From: Macrostomum lignano
Taxonomy: Eukaryota
Direction of reading: 5' to 3'
NCBI GenBank assembly: GCA_002269645.1
Contig: NIVC01000041.1
Span: forward strand, 434,001-498,000
DNA length: 64,000 bases
The notes under the pieces are model-generated. The model saw nothing but the letters and a program-made list of their open reading frames with translations, had not been told where the DNA came from and did no database searches. The position numbers and the translations under genes are program-made. Below are positions 48,590 to 60,327 of this stretch, one piece after another (position 1 is the stretch's first letter; each line of letters starts with the position of its first letter).

Positions 48590-49790
48590 TCATGGAAGCG
48601 TCATGTAAAAAATCATAAAAGTGTCATGTAAAAAATCATAAAAGCGTCATGTAAAAAATCTTAGAAGCGTCATGTAAAAAATCATAGAAGCGTCATGTGA
48701 AAATCATAGAAGCGTCATGTAAACAATCATAGAAGCGTCATCTAAAAAGTCATAGAAGCGTCATGTAAAAAATCATAGAAGCGTCATATAAAAAATCATA
48801 GAAGCGTCATGTGAAAAATCATAAAAGCGTCATATAAACAATCATAGAAGCGTCATGAAACAATCATAGAAGCGTCATCTAAAAAGTCATAGAAGCGTCA
48901 TGAAAAAAATAATGGAAGCGTCATGTAAAAAGCATAGAAGCGTCATGTAAAAATCATAGAAGCGTCATGTAAACAATCATAGAAGCGTCATATAAGAAGC
49001 ATATAAGCGTCATATAAACAATCATCGAAGCGTCATCTAAAAAGTCATAGAAGCGTCATATAAGAAGCATATAAGCGTCATATAAACAATCATCGAAGCG
49101 TCATCTAAAAAGTCATAGAAGCGTCATGAAAAAATCATAGGAGCGTCTATGCTTCTATGCTTTTTACATGACGCTTTTATGATTGTTTACATGACGCTTC
49201 TATGACTTCTATGAAAAAATCATAGGAGCATCATGAAACAATCATAGAAGCGTCATATAAACAATCATAGAAGCGTCATGTAAACAATCATAAAAGCGTC
49301 ATGTAAAAATCATAGAAGCGTCATGTAAAAATCATTGAAGCGTCCTGTAGAAATCGTAGAAGCGTCATGAAATAATCATAGAAGCGTCATGTAAAAAGCA
49401 TAGAAGCGTCATGTAAACAATCATAGAAGCGTCATATAAACAATCATAGAAGCGTCATATAAAAAATCATAGAAGTGTCATGTAAAAATCATAGAAGCGT
49501 CATGTAAAAATCATTGAAGCGTCCTGCAGAAATCGTAGAAGTGTCATGAAATAATCATAGAAGCGTCATGTAAACAATCATAGAAGCGTCATGTAAAAAA
49601 TCATAGAAGCGTCATGTAAAAAGCATAGAAGCATCATATAAACAATCATAGAAGCGTCATATAAAAAATCATAGAAGCATCATGTAAAAATCATAGAAGC
49701 GTCATAAAAAATCATAGGAGCCTCATTTAAAAACTAATGAAAGTGTCTTCTAAAAAATCAAAAAGCATCATGGTAGAATAAAAGAAGCGT
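48590..49790. repeat. About 22-bp minisatellite with an internal inverted segment
   Basis: ATCATAGAAGCGTCATGTAAAAA units. Confidence 0.92.
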
Positions 49791-49799
49791 CATGTCAGA

Positions 49800-50883
49800 C
49801 ATGAAGGGTGTCATGTAAAAATTAAATGCAGCTATAATGCTGTGCTGGGGAGAATAACTGAGACGTAAAGGCTCTCAGAGAATAACTGAGATTACGGGGG
49901 GGGGTTTCTGAGATGTCAAAGCAAAAGTCAGAAGCTACTTCAAAGTTCATGTACTTTACTCAATTTTTTTATTGCATTATTTGTTGGCTCGCCACGGGGG
50001 GCGCTGATAGAAGAAGAGTCATGTAAAAAATAAAAGTAGCACTATGTATACATAAAATAAAAGTCATGTCAAAGTTAAAAGATTTATTTGGGAATTGCAA
50101 CGATGTCAAAGCTTGGTGGAAATCGTTATAGTGCTATGATTCTTAAAGAAGGAATCACTAAAATGTCAAGGCTTAGGGGAGAAGAATTGCTGAGATTTCA
50201 AGGCTTTAGGTTGGGTTAAAGTTAGGTTTAGGTCAGGTGTGGGTTGAGGGTTAGATTTTAGCGGGTTTCAAGGTTAACAGGGGATTTTTTAGATTTCAAG
50301 GTTTATGGGGGCCATCGCTGACATGTCAAGGCTTACGGGGGGAATAGCTTAGATGTCAAGGCTCACGGGGGTATAAATGAGATTTCAAGGCTAAAGTCAG
50401 AAGCTACATGTAGTTTATTGAAAACTTTTTATTACATTATTTGATGCCTCCTCAGGGGAGGGATCGCTGATAAAAAAAGTGTAATGTAAAAAATAAAAGA
50501 AGCTTCATGTCGAAGTTAAGATATTCATTTTATAATCGCTATAATGCTGTAGTAGTGCTATGATGACTCTTAGAGAGAATTACTGAAATTTCAATGCTTT
50601 AGGGTTGGGTTAGGGTTAGGGTTAGGCTATAGGGTTAGGGTTAGGCTAGCGTTAGGGTTAGAAGGTTGACAGATATTTTTTATATTTCCAAGGCTTATTG
50701 GGGGCATTGCTGAGATGTCAAGGGGGGAAGTTGATATGTTAATGCTTGTGGGGGAATTAATGACATGTCAAGGCTTACAAGGTTTCACAGGAGATTTTTT
50801 AAGATTTCAAGGATACATGTAGCTTATTAAAAAAATGTGTATTGCATTTCTTTGGCTCCCCAACGGGGGGCGTAGATTGCTAG
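49800..50883 (+). mobile_element. Possible non-autonomous Helitron-like element (3' end seen, 5' end not located)
   Basis: Hairpin CTCCCC-AAC-GGGGGG (50856-50870) 9 nt before CTAG|T (50880-50883); internal repeated modules and TTAGGG tracts. Confidence 0.4.
50598..50661 (+). repeat. Interstitial (TTAGGG)n telomere-like tract
   Basis: TTAGGGTTGGGTTAGGGTTAGGGTTAGGCTATAGGGTTAGGGTTAGGCTAGCGTTAGGGTTAG. Confidence 0.85.
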
Positions 50884-50977
50884 TTCTTTTCTAAACTTCT
50901 AAACTTAGACCAAGCTTAGACAACTATGCTAGATTGAGATTTTATCTCACTATGGTATACTTACTGCACTGGTAAGC

Positions 50978-51420
50978 ATGGTGATGGCCCTCCACTATGA
51001 CTTTAAAGCTTTTATCATGTCAAGCGACAGCCCTACAGAAGAGTTTGCCACTAGTTCAGGCATCTTTCAGGGCAACATTCTGGCTCCTCTGCTCTTCCTT
51101 GTGGTTATAGACTATATGCTTTGTTGGTCCCTCTCCGAGGATAATAGCTACTTGCTAGTCTCACACTGAAGCTCTAGATACCATACTGTTTTGTTTCCTA
51201 CTTTGGAATATGCTGATGACATTGCGCTGCTCTGCTATAATCTAGCTGCTACCCAACATGCTCTCACTAAGCTCTGCAATGAGGGTGCCCATGTTGGGCT
51301 GCTAGTAAATGCTCACAAGACAGGTGCTGCACATAGGCACAAATACCATCCCAACTCTAATGCCACCTAATGGAGACCACATTGCAGTGTGCAAGAACTT
51401 CCAGTACCTTGGCACCCTAT
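50978..51420 (+). pseudogene. Decayed non-LTR retrotransposon reverse transcriptase fragment
   Basis: GIFQGNILAPLLF, LEYADDIALL, GLLVNAHKT, FQYLG, broken by stops and frameshifts. Confidence 0.85.
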
Positions 51421-53603
51421 AGGAAGAAGTTGTAAAACCACAGATGGCATCCAGTGCACAAAAGAAAATTTTCTAAAGTGCAGTGCATGCATAGGCGTGC
51501 AGCCTCTTATGAAAAAGGCCTAAACACTTGTCATTTATAATGCTTAGAGATGTTTCAAGATATTGATTTTGATTTTCCTAAATTCTGAATTTTTACAAGT
51601 AAATAACAAATTAAAAAAAATTGAAAGTCAAAATTTTGTTGTGCCTAAAAAGTGACTAAAAATAAACTAATTTCTGCTACATATATATGCATTTTGTTTT
51701 GAACAAAGTTTGAACAAGTTTGAACAAAGTTTTAACAATTTGATACTATTTAGTATTCAGGACAATAGTTTTTTTGGAAATTGGAAGATTTATAAAACAG
51801 TGAAAACAAAAAGACCATTTTTGAACAGATTCATTTTAAAGTTCTTTATTCCAATAAGCTGCCATGGAGACAAGCTAGAAATTATCAACATGGATCTATA
51901 TGGATAAAATTAGAATTATTAGCATAGGACCATGGGCATGAGGATAAACATTTCCTTTAGAATTATATCTTGTCTCATCTCATCCTATCTTTAGTTCCTT
52001 TGCTTGACTTATAACCCTTTTTGTCTCAAAAATATATCAAATTTTTAATAGCTCTAAAAGTTATATCAAAAATACTAATTAAAAAGTTTTTTGGCAAAAA
52101 TGGTCATAGCCCCTGCCCTAATACTTAATACTAGCCTTATATTAGGCCTAATAATAGGCAAAATACATTACAAAAAGTTAAATAAAAAGTTTAACAATTT
52201 TTTTAACTAGTATCAGGCCTAGTAAGAAATAAGTTGTCTTTTTATTCAAGCAAATGAGATTAGGCCCTAATAAAATTGAATAAATTGTAAAAACTTTTAA
52301 ATCTCACTGGAGTCCATACAGCTAGGGTTATAGCCTAGGCAAGGTCTGGAATAAAATGATATAAATCTACTACTAGGGTAGGCCCTAACGCCTTAAACTG
52401 AAACTAGGCTAAGGACAAGACAAGGCTCGATGTTAAGTAGGCCCTAACCTAATGAATCTAGGCCTAATCTAACTAAAAAAAACGATATATTTGAAAAGCC
52501 ATTTAAAAATAGATCAAGCACTAGCTGGATATACGAGGGCTGATAATTGACAGTTGAAGCCATAAGCTTCAACGTGAACTGGAACGTGAACTGGTCCAAT
52601 CCTTGCGAATAGGCTTAAATTGAAAAGTTGACTTCCATAGTCCAAATATAGAGCTAGGTTCAATGAACGTACGTGCGTGTGTGTTACCGGGTGTTAGTAA
52701 AACAAATTCTTGACTTTGAAAAACTCCTGAAATCGTACATGTCGTAAAAAAATAATCTTATTTAATTTAATAAGATAATTAGATTTTCTAATATTTCCGG
52801 ACTTTACTTTCAAAGCTTCACTAGAAACTATGCTGTTTTAACTATTTTTTTTCTTCTTTTTGATCACAATCAGAGCTGAGCGCCAAATATAGTACTAATT
52901 TCATAATCCGCAATAGTGAAGAGATTTGAATTAAAAGAAGTTATTGATATTTACTAGAGCAGAACCGTGTCATCATCCAATGCCTGAAAAAAGTGAGTAT
53001 TTTCAACAGATTGGTTCAGATTGTAAATTGAACGTTTTGTATAAATCCACGTATACAAATGACCAGCTCTATATCCCTATCCAAAGCACAGAGATTATTT
53101 AAATTTTTGCTTAAGATGTTCGCCAGCTGTAATAGTGTCTGAATTTCACTTTATTTATTAAATTTGGGTTTTAAGTGGATAAAAATCGAAATAATCCTGG
53201 TTTACCACCTCACTTACCGTATTTTCTGTGGTTCCTAGACACTTCGATTGTCATCTTACCACTTCCAAGCATCCTAAAACCATGGTCCCTTCGTCAGCTG
53301 GATGACGAAGTGGTAAGATGACGAAGTGTCCAGGAACCATTTGCTATTGCCCAAACGAGTATGTTATATTGTAACTTAACCCCGTCCATAGTCTTTAACT
53401 CCTAGTCAGTGATTTGTAACTGCTGTAGAGAAAATTCAGCCACTATCATGCCAAAAACAAAATTGAGTTCTTCGACAGTGCTTTGAATTTTTTCGGACTT
53501 GCCATTTGTATTAATATTATATGTTACCGAAACGAGCGAAACAGAAAAAAAGTAAAGTGTTTACTTTTTGAGTTAATTACTGGAGGAATAAGAAAAAAAT
53601 GAT

Positions 53604-54298
53604 ACTACTAAGGGATTCCGAATCCGCCCTTTTTGGAGGTGGGGTGGGTGTCAACCCTCCTCGCCTCTCATTGGCTAGCGCGCGCGCCGCAGGCGCGTGG
53701 CGCCAAGCGCCATCCAGGCGCCAATTAGGCGCCCATGCCGCAGGCGCACCTACCGATATGTATGCCCACCCTCCCGATATGTACCCCGATATGTATGCCC
53801 TCCCTCCCGATATGTACCCCGATATGTATGCCCTCCCTCCCGGTATGTATGCCGCAGGCGCACCCTCCCTCCAGAGCAGCAGGCGCCCATGCTGCAGGCG
53901 CCCCATGCCGCAAGCACCCCGAGTGTACACTCTCCCATGCCGCTGGCGCCCCGAGTGTACACTCTCCCGAGCCGCAGGCACCCCGAGTGTACACTCTCCC
54001 CAGTACGGGTGTACACTCTACCACTCTCCCGATATGTATGCATACACAGATATCTAGTCAGCGATATTAGGCTAGTGAAAACTACTTATAGTAGATGAAA
54101 TTGCGTATATTTACATAAAAAGTAGATAAAACATATTGGTAGGTGTGAATAATGACGCATAATGCATATTAAAATGTACATATTGGAGCATAATAGGAAT
54201 ATGAGCAGCAAAATACACACAATGTAGGCGCATCAATATATTGACAGAAATAGACAAAGCAGGTACTGTAGGCGCTACATAGGTGGAAATACACACAG
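53604..54298 (+). repeat. Left terminal inverted repeat, about 695 bp
   Basis: Reverse-complement match, with indels, to 62716-63376. Confidence 0.9.
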
Positions 54299-55245
54299 TA
54301 TATTGCACACACTCTAGATTCCAATTATGTAGGTGCATAGGCTAAAATACACACACTGTAGGTGCAAATTGAGTATAATACACTAAAATTATAATACATA
54401 GCATATAATGTAGGCGCATTTTAAACAATACATTTTTGCATAATAACCCGCAGGTACAAATTTCAGTGCATAGGCTAAAATACACACACTGCAAATTGAG
54501 TATAATGCAGGAAAATTGTGACATATACAACATATGTATGCAAATTAAGCATATAATGTAGGTGTAAAATACAAGCAACCGGCTCCCTAGTAAACAGACA
54601 CGCCCCCAGAGCCAGGGCCGGGGGATCCCAAGTACAGTGCGGTCAGAGAGGAGTAACATAGAGAAATTCCTCCCCAAGCCCCAAATAAGGTTTTTTCATG
54701 GGGATCCCAAGTACAGTTCAGGCAGAGAGCATTCCAATCCTCCCCAAATGGGGGTTATCAAGGACCCCTCACATTGCACAGGGCGGGCAGAATAACAGAC
54801 CGCATACAAATAGGGGTTTTAGCGGATCCCAAGTACAGTGCGCTCCCAGGTGTCAAATGATGCCCCAATGTACAGTGGAGGTAGAGTAACAGACCGCATA
54901 CAAAGAGAATTCCAGTCAAACTTTACAGCACCTCCCACCCCAAATGAGGGTTTTAGTGGATCCCCAGAGGGTAGCTCTCCAAGTTGAGGGATCCCCCCAG
55001 TGTGTTGCGAGGCCCAAGTACAGTGCAGGCAGAGAGTAATAGAGACCGCCCCGAGGGAATAGGTGTCAAATGGGAGTTTTAACACTTGAGGGGATCCCGC
55101 TCAATGTACAGTGGAGGCGCCAAATGAGTAAGGACCCCTAAGTACAGTGCGGGCGTAAAACCATTTTCATCCCCACGAGTCAAGGGATCCCAAGTGGGCA
55201 CATAGGGGAATCCCAGGCGTGCAAAGACAGATCCTTATCTTTCAC

Positions 55246-58200
55246 TCACTCCCGAAAGCCATACGGGCGGCTAGCGGCCCCATACACTCTCTTAGTCATT
55301 ACGCGCTGGAATGTCTTGTCCATCTCGAGGGTCCGGATTGTACAGCTAGCCTTATCGCGCCTGAACTGGGCCTGGGGCAGCCGTACAGTCCCGCCGTGAC
55401 GCAGAATTTCCTGCAGCTCGTCCTCGCGCTCGGAAATCTCGGGCGTGACTCTGATGCCCTTGCACTTGAGCACCGAGTACAGCGACCCGTCGGGCTTCTC
55501 CACCACGTACCGGTAGAGCTTGGGGCCTCCCGTGGTGAACTGTACCATGCGGCAGCCAGCAGGTACCTCGTCAGTCCACTGCCCCAAACTCGAACCGCCC
55601 GGAGGCTCGTACTCGCCCGGAGAGCAGCGGTATACGACCCTGGGAGGAGGAGAAGGATAAAGTGTTAAGGGGAGAAAGAGAGACAGAGACAGTTGAAAAA
55701 ATTACTCACGAATCAGTATCGGCGTAAATGACGCGGGTTCCTAGACCCTCCAGAGCCTCGTAGAGTCGCAGCCGGGCGTGGGAGGTGGTGAAAACGCCAA
55801 TAGGTACATTAGCGTACTTGAACGCCCGCTCGCCAGCACCGCCAAATCGGGGCTTGTACTCGAGCATCATGAAGCTCTCCCCAATTGGCTCGCACGACTT
55901 GACCTTGATCGAGGGGTCGGTCAGGCGCTGCAGCCACGCCTCGTAGCTGTCCACAATCTCTGTGGAGGTCAGGTCGTCGCGCTGGCAGAATTTGCCCCAG
56001 AGCCTGCAGGGAAAAATAATTTTTTTTGTAAGTAGAAAAACACGGCCCCCACTGCAAGTAGAAAAAACTTACGAGTTTAGAAAAATCTTGGCCACAAAGC
56101 GCAAGCCAGGATTCTCCTCCACCTTTTCCAGCCGGACGCCTTCGCGCTCGAAAAAGCTGGCCATGTAGGCAGCCTTGGCGTCCTCAGCCATCCCCGGCGA
56201 ACCGCTAGACTCGGCTTTGAGCTTCAAAAAAGTGTTTACATAATCTGCAAACAGGCCCGTGCGAGTCTCGGTCCAATAGGCCAGGGCATGAACTGACTGC
56301 AGCTTGTAACCCAACTGCAGGGCTTTGTGGAGCTCTGGGGTCGACCACGTGCCGCGGAGCATTCTCTCAGCGTCAGTGTGTGTACACTCGCTGCTGCACT
56401 GGGTCTCCATGCAGACGCGGCAGAGGCCGAAAACCAACTTCTTGTTAATCTTGGAGGGCAGTAGCGGGATGTGGAGATTGGTTGGCGGCAGAATCGACAC
56501 CTCGGCGATGCCAAAATACCGGGCCAGCTGCAGCTCATCCAGTAGATGAGGCTCGGGGTGGTGTACCGGGTGCCCGACCGGGTACTTGTCAAACTTGTTG
56601 ACAGTCGGGTAGAGCGACACCTAGGGGATAAGGATAAGATAAACTCAAACGCATGTCAACTGTGTGTGTACAAGTGTACAAACTTACCACATCCCGATAG
56701 CGCAGCTCTACAGTCTCGGTGGCCTCGGCGTGCGGGACAAAAGCCTCGGTACGGCCGCCAAACAGGGCATCCTCCAGGTGAATAGGCTGCTGGACTGGCG
56801 CTCCCTCGTCCTGATAGTCGTGCTCCCACAGAACACGCACATTGTATGCAGTGGAGAGCAACCGGGTGAAGCGCTCAGTCTCCTCATAAATCGCCCGCAT
56901 TGGCTGGTTCTTGAGCGGGTGCAGCACGTCGCCGTTGGGGAAGCACTTGGGACAGCCATGGTAGAAACAGCCATGAAACTGCAGCACTGTCCTGGTCTCT
57001 GGGTCGAAGCCGTCGACCTTACGGCCCATGGCGAAAGCCTCGCCGCCAGAATCGGCTGTCCGCAACCGGCCGCCAAACTCGGTTGCATTCAAATGCGCAA
57101 GCCAGCACCGCGCCTTGTGCGACTGTACATCGGACCGGCGGGAAATCACCCCAAGAGTGTTGGGCTCCATAAACTTGGTGGTGAAAACAGCCATAGCCAA
57201 GCCCGCAATGGTGTTGGATTGAACAAATGCGTCCAGTCCGCAAATGTCCTTAATCAGGCGGGTGTACTTTAGACAGCCTTCCCGCAAAATTAACGTGTCC
57301 TGCAGGCAGTAGTCCAGGTACTCCTTATTGAAATTAAACACCTGTCCCTCCTGCTTGGCCAGCCAGTCTGCGATGGAGTCATGCTGCTTGTTTTTCTTTC
57401 CTCCATACATATCAATTGAGCAGTAGGGACCGACGTACCCCCAATTTTCCGGCTGGTTAAACACGTGCGGGAAATCTCCTTTGGTCAGTTGGGTGCCCAA
57501 ACCAAGCGCCTTTGGGAATTGCGCCAGACCAATAGGGATGAAATTGAGGCTGTCCTTGAAGGTGATCTTGTCGCACTTCATATACATTAGGCGGCTGTTC
57601 TGGAAGATCACTTGCGGCTTCTTCTTGGCCAGTCCGTTGAGTAGGGCGCCGAGCAGGAGGAATGCGTCATACGCAGAGCCATTGTGCGCAATAGCAATTG
57701 CCCCCTGCTTGAACACACTAGTCAGCCAGCAGTAAAAGGCATCGATAGAGTGCGGCCCGACAGATACAAACTCTCGCATCCCACAGGCACAGTCATTGTG
57801 CGAGACACAGCTCGTGAAATCGAGTGCCAAATCGCGTCCCGCAATGCAATTGGCTGAGCTGTGTAGTCCCCCGCACACGCTGCAGCGGGGCCTGGGGAAG
57901 AGTTTGGGACACGCCTCGCAGGAGGTGGCAGCCGTAACCAAGTGTACCCGGTGCTGCTTGCCAGAGTCCACGTACGTCTCGAAATCATAGTAAACATACG
58001 GGGCGCTAGACTCTTTGGCTTTAGGGGGGGTGACAAAGCACTCGTGGGTGGCAGTTTCGTCGTACTGCTTGCAGACTGGGCACTTGGCGTAACCACACTG
58101 ATGCTCAGGGGGCTGGCCTACTTTTAGTTCTTCTAGATAGCCACACGTGTCGCAAACGTGGACCGAATCACAGCGCGATCTGCCGGCCTTATTCTTGCGC

Positions 58201-60256
58201 TTGTGATTTTCTAGGCACTGAGCATTATAGCAATTTAGCCCGCAATCATGGCATCTTACATATGCGCGGTTTGCCTTACAGTTGGAGCCCGGAGTCTTGC
58301 ATGTGCTGCAGGCATCAGCGCACTTGTGCTTCTCATTATTGCAGTCGTGGGCCATCTCGCACTTGTCGCAGTAGTGGTGGCTGCCGAAAAACGCAGGCAG
58401 CTTGGTGACCACATTAAAGTGCTGCTCGACCAGGTGTAGGTGCAAAATCTCGGTGCCAGGCAGGTTGAAGATGCACCTGTTGGCCTCCTCTGCGCGGTAC
58501 ACGCGTACACCAAAATCGCGCCCCGGATGCAGCCGGTTCAGGGCACGGATCGCTTCGGGCAGTGCATCCACGCCGAAAGGACCAGCCTGCGAGACGGTTT
58601 GAAGAGTCTGTGTGGAGGGTAAAATATTTCTTTTAGTATTCCTTATCGTAAAATTTCTTATCAGAAAATTTTAGTATTCCATGATACTGTGTAAAAATCT
58701 TATCAGAAAATTTTAGTATTCCATGATACTGTGTAAAAATTCTTATCGGAAAAATACTAGAAACTTACCGAGTAGAGACCCGCTTCGATTTGTAGCTCAG
58801 CCACCAGCTTAGTCTGCGTGGGCGAATTGGCCTTGATTGTGTGCCACACCTGCTTGGTGATGGACTTGGCCACGAATTGCAGGTAGGCGCAGGCCACGAC
58901 CAGAGCGCGCAGCAGGCATCTCTTGTCCGAGTTGGTGATGCGGACATAGTGCCTGGAGAAGGCATGCCGCTCTTCTAGATGCTTGTTCTCGAGAGCACAT
59001 CCACCTCGAGGCACCCAGGCCTTTAGCAGACGGACAGAAAAGTTGCCTGACAATACAGTGGCATCCGACTGCACAATCTTGTCAATGTGCTTAAACAACA
59101 ATTCAGCCGTCATGCGGGCTGCACGCACCGGGGGAGTATGGGCTGCTTTGAGCATATTGTCGCTCTCGAATTTCGCAGCCATGAAATCCTCGCCGGCCAA
59201 ATCTTGCTTGAAAACTTCGAGCATGTCGGCAAACACCTCCCGCAAATCTTCGGTGTTGGTAATATGCACCACATACTCGACACCCTTTGCCCTAAACTTG
59301 GGCAGGTCACGCTGATTATCCAGCCGGGCCGTAAAACCTGCATGGGGGGGATGGGGGTGTGTGAGTCAGCTAGGGTCTGTGTGGGAAATGGGGGGCGGGA
59401 TAACTCACCCGGTCCGGTAACAGATTCCGGCTGTGTTGGCGGGACAAACGCGTCTGAAAAAACACAAGGAGATAAAAAACCAGAAGAATCTGTCATTTTC
59501 CTGGCCCCAGCGTGTTTCCCCGCCCTAGCCCCAGCAATTTCTTAACAGAGTTTACTCTGCTGTCCCCGCAGCAACTCTCTGCAATTTCTTATCTGCACCC
59601 CCGCTGCAGCCTGTCGCAGCAGTCTTTGTTTACTCACCCCTGCAACTCTCTGTCGCAGCAATTTGCACCCCAGCTGCAGCCTGTCTGGGTAGCGCCCTAT
59701 CTGCAGCCCCAGTCTGTCCCAGCAACTCTCTGCCCCCACCCGGCTGTAACTTGTCTAGCCTGCCCCAACGATTCTGCAGCAATTTCTTATCTGCCGCAGC
59801 ACCCTAGCAACTGTCTGTTTTTGCAGCAATTTCTTATCAGCACACCCCTCCCTGTCTAGACAACACCCCACCCCAGTCTTTGTTTACTCACCCCTGCAAC
59901 TCTCTGTCGCAGCAATTTGCACCCCAGCTGCAGCCTGTCTGGACAACACCCCCTAGCAGCAATTTCTTATCAGCACACACCCGGCTGAAACTTGTCTAGC
60001 CCTCCCCTGCAACTCTCTGTTACAGACCCTGCCGCAGCACCCTACCCTAGCAACTCCAGTCTAGACCCCTGCAGCTGTCGCAGCAGTCTTTGTTGTTTAC
60101 TCTGCGGTCCCACAGACCCTGCAGCTGCTGCTGCTGCTCAGCCCCTACCCCCACCCTAGCAACTACAGTCTAGACAGAAATTAATTAAAACTTACCATAA
60201 AGACGTTGCCTCTTGTCAGCCAGGAAAGCAGTTGCGGTGGCGCTGCGTTTAGCCAT
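55246..60256 (-). CDS. polB: Protein-primed family B DNA polymerase (terminal-protein region, vOTU-like, Zn-rich, 3'-5' exo, endonuclease-like insert, polymerase), 1269 aa, 7 exons
   Basis: Exons 60256-60196, 59453-59409, 59337-58769, 58586-56688, 56620-56073, 56003-55710, 55639-55246 (3810 nt, all GT-AG, phases consistent; exons 1-2 less certain). ExoI YYDFET, ExoII HNGSAYD, ExoIII YCLQD, GGRTE, motif A YRDV|VSLYP, motif B KIFLNS|LWGKF, motif C YADTDS|VVY, GPKLY, KCKG. Confidence 0.93.
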
Positions 60257-60327
60257 TTTGCAAACAGAGAGCGTGAGAGAGCGAGCGGAGAGAAGGATTA
60301 TCTCTCTACCCTGGCTCTGGGGGTCTG

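Noticed and set aside
53577-54098. Overlapping ORFs within both TIRs (also 62897-63394)
   Set aside because: They arise from GC-rich repeated TIR motifs and mirror each other between the two ends.
55246-60256. Phage, bacterial or organellar-plasmid contamination as the source of polB
   Set aside because: Spliceosomal introns, TATA-type promoters, and a TSD continuous with host flanks indicate a nuclear integrated element.
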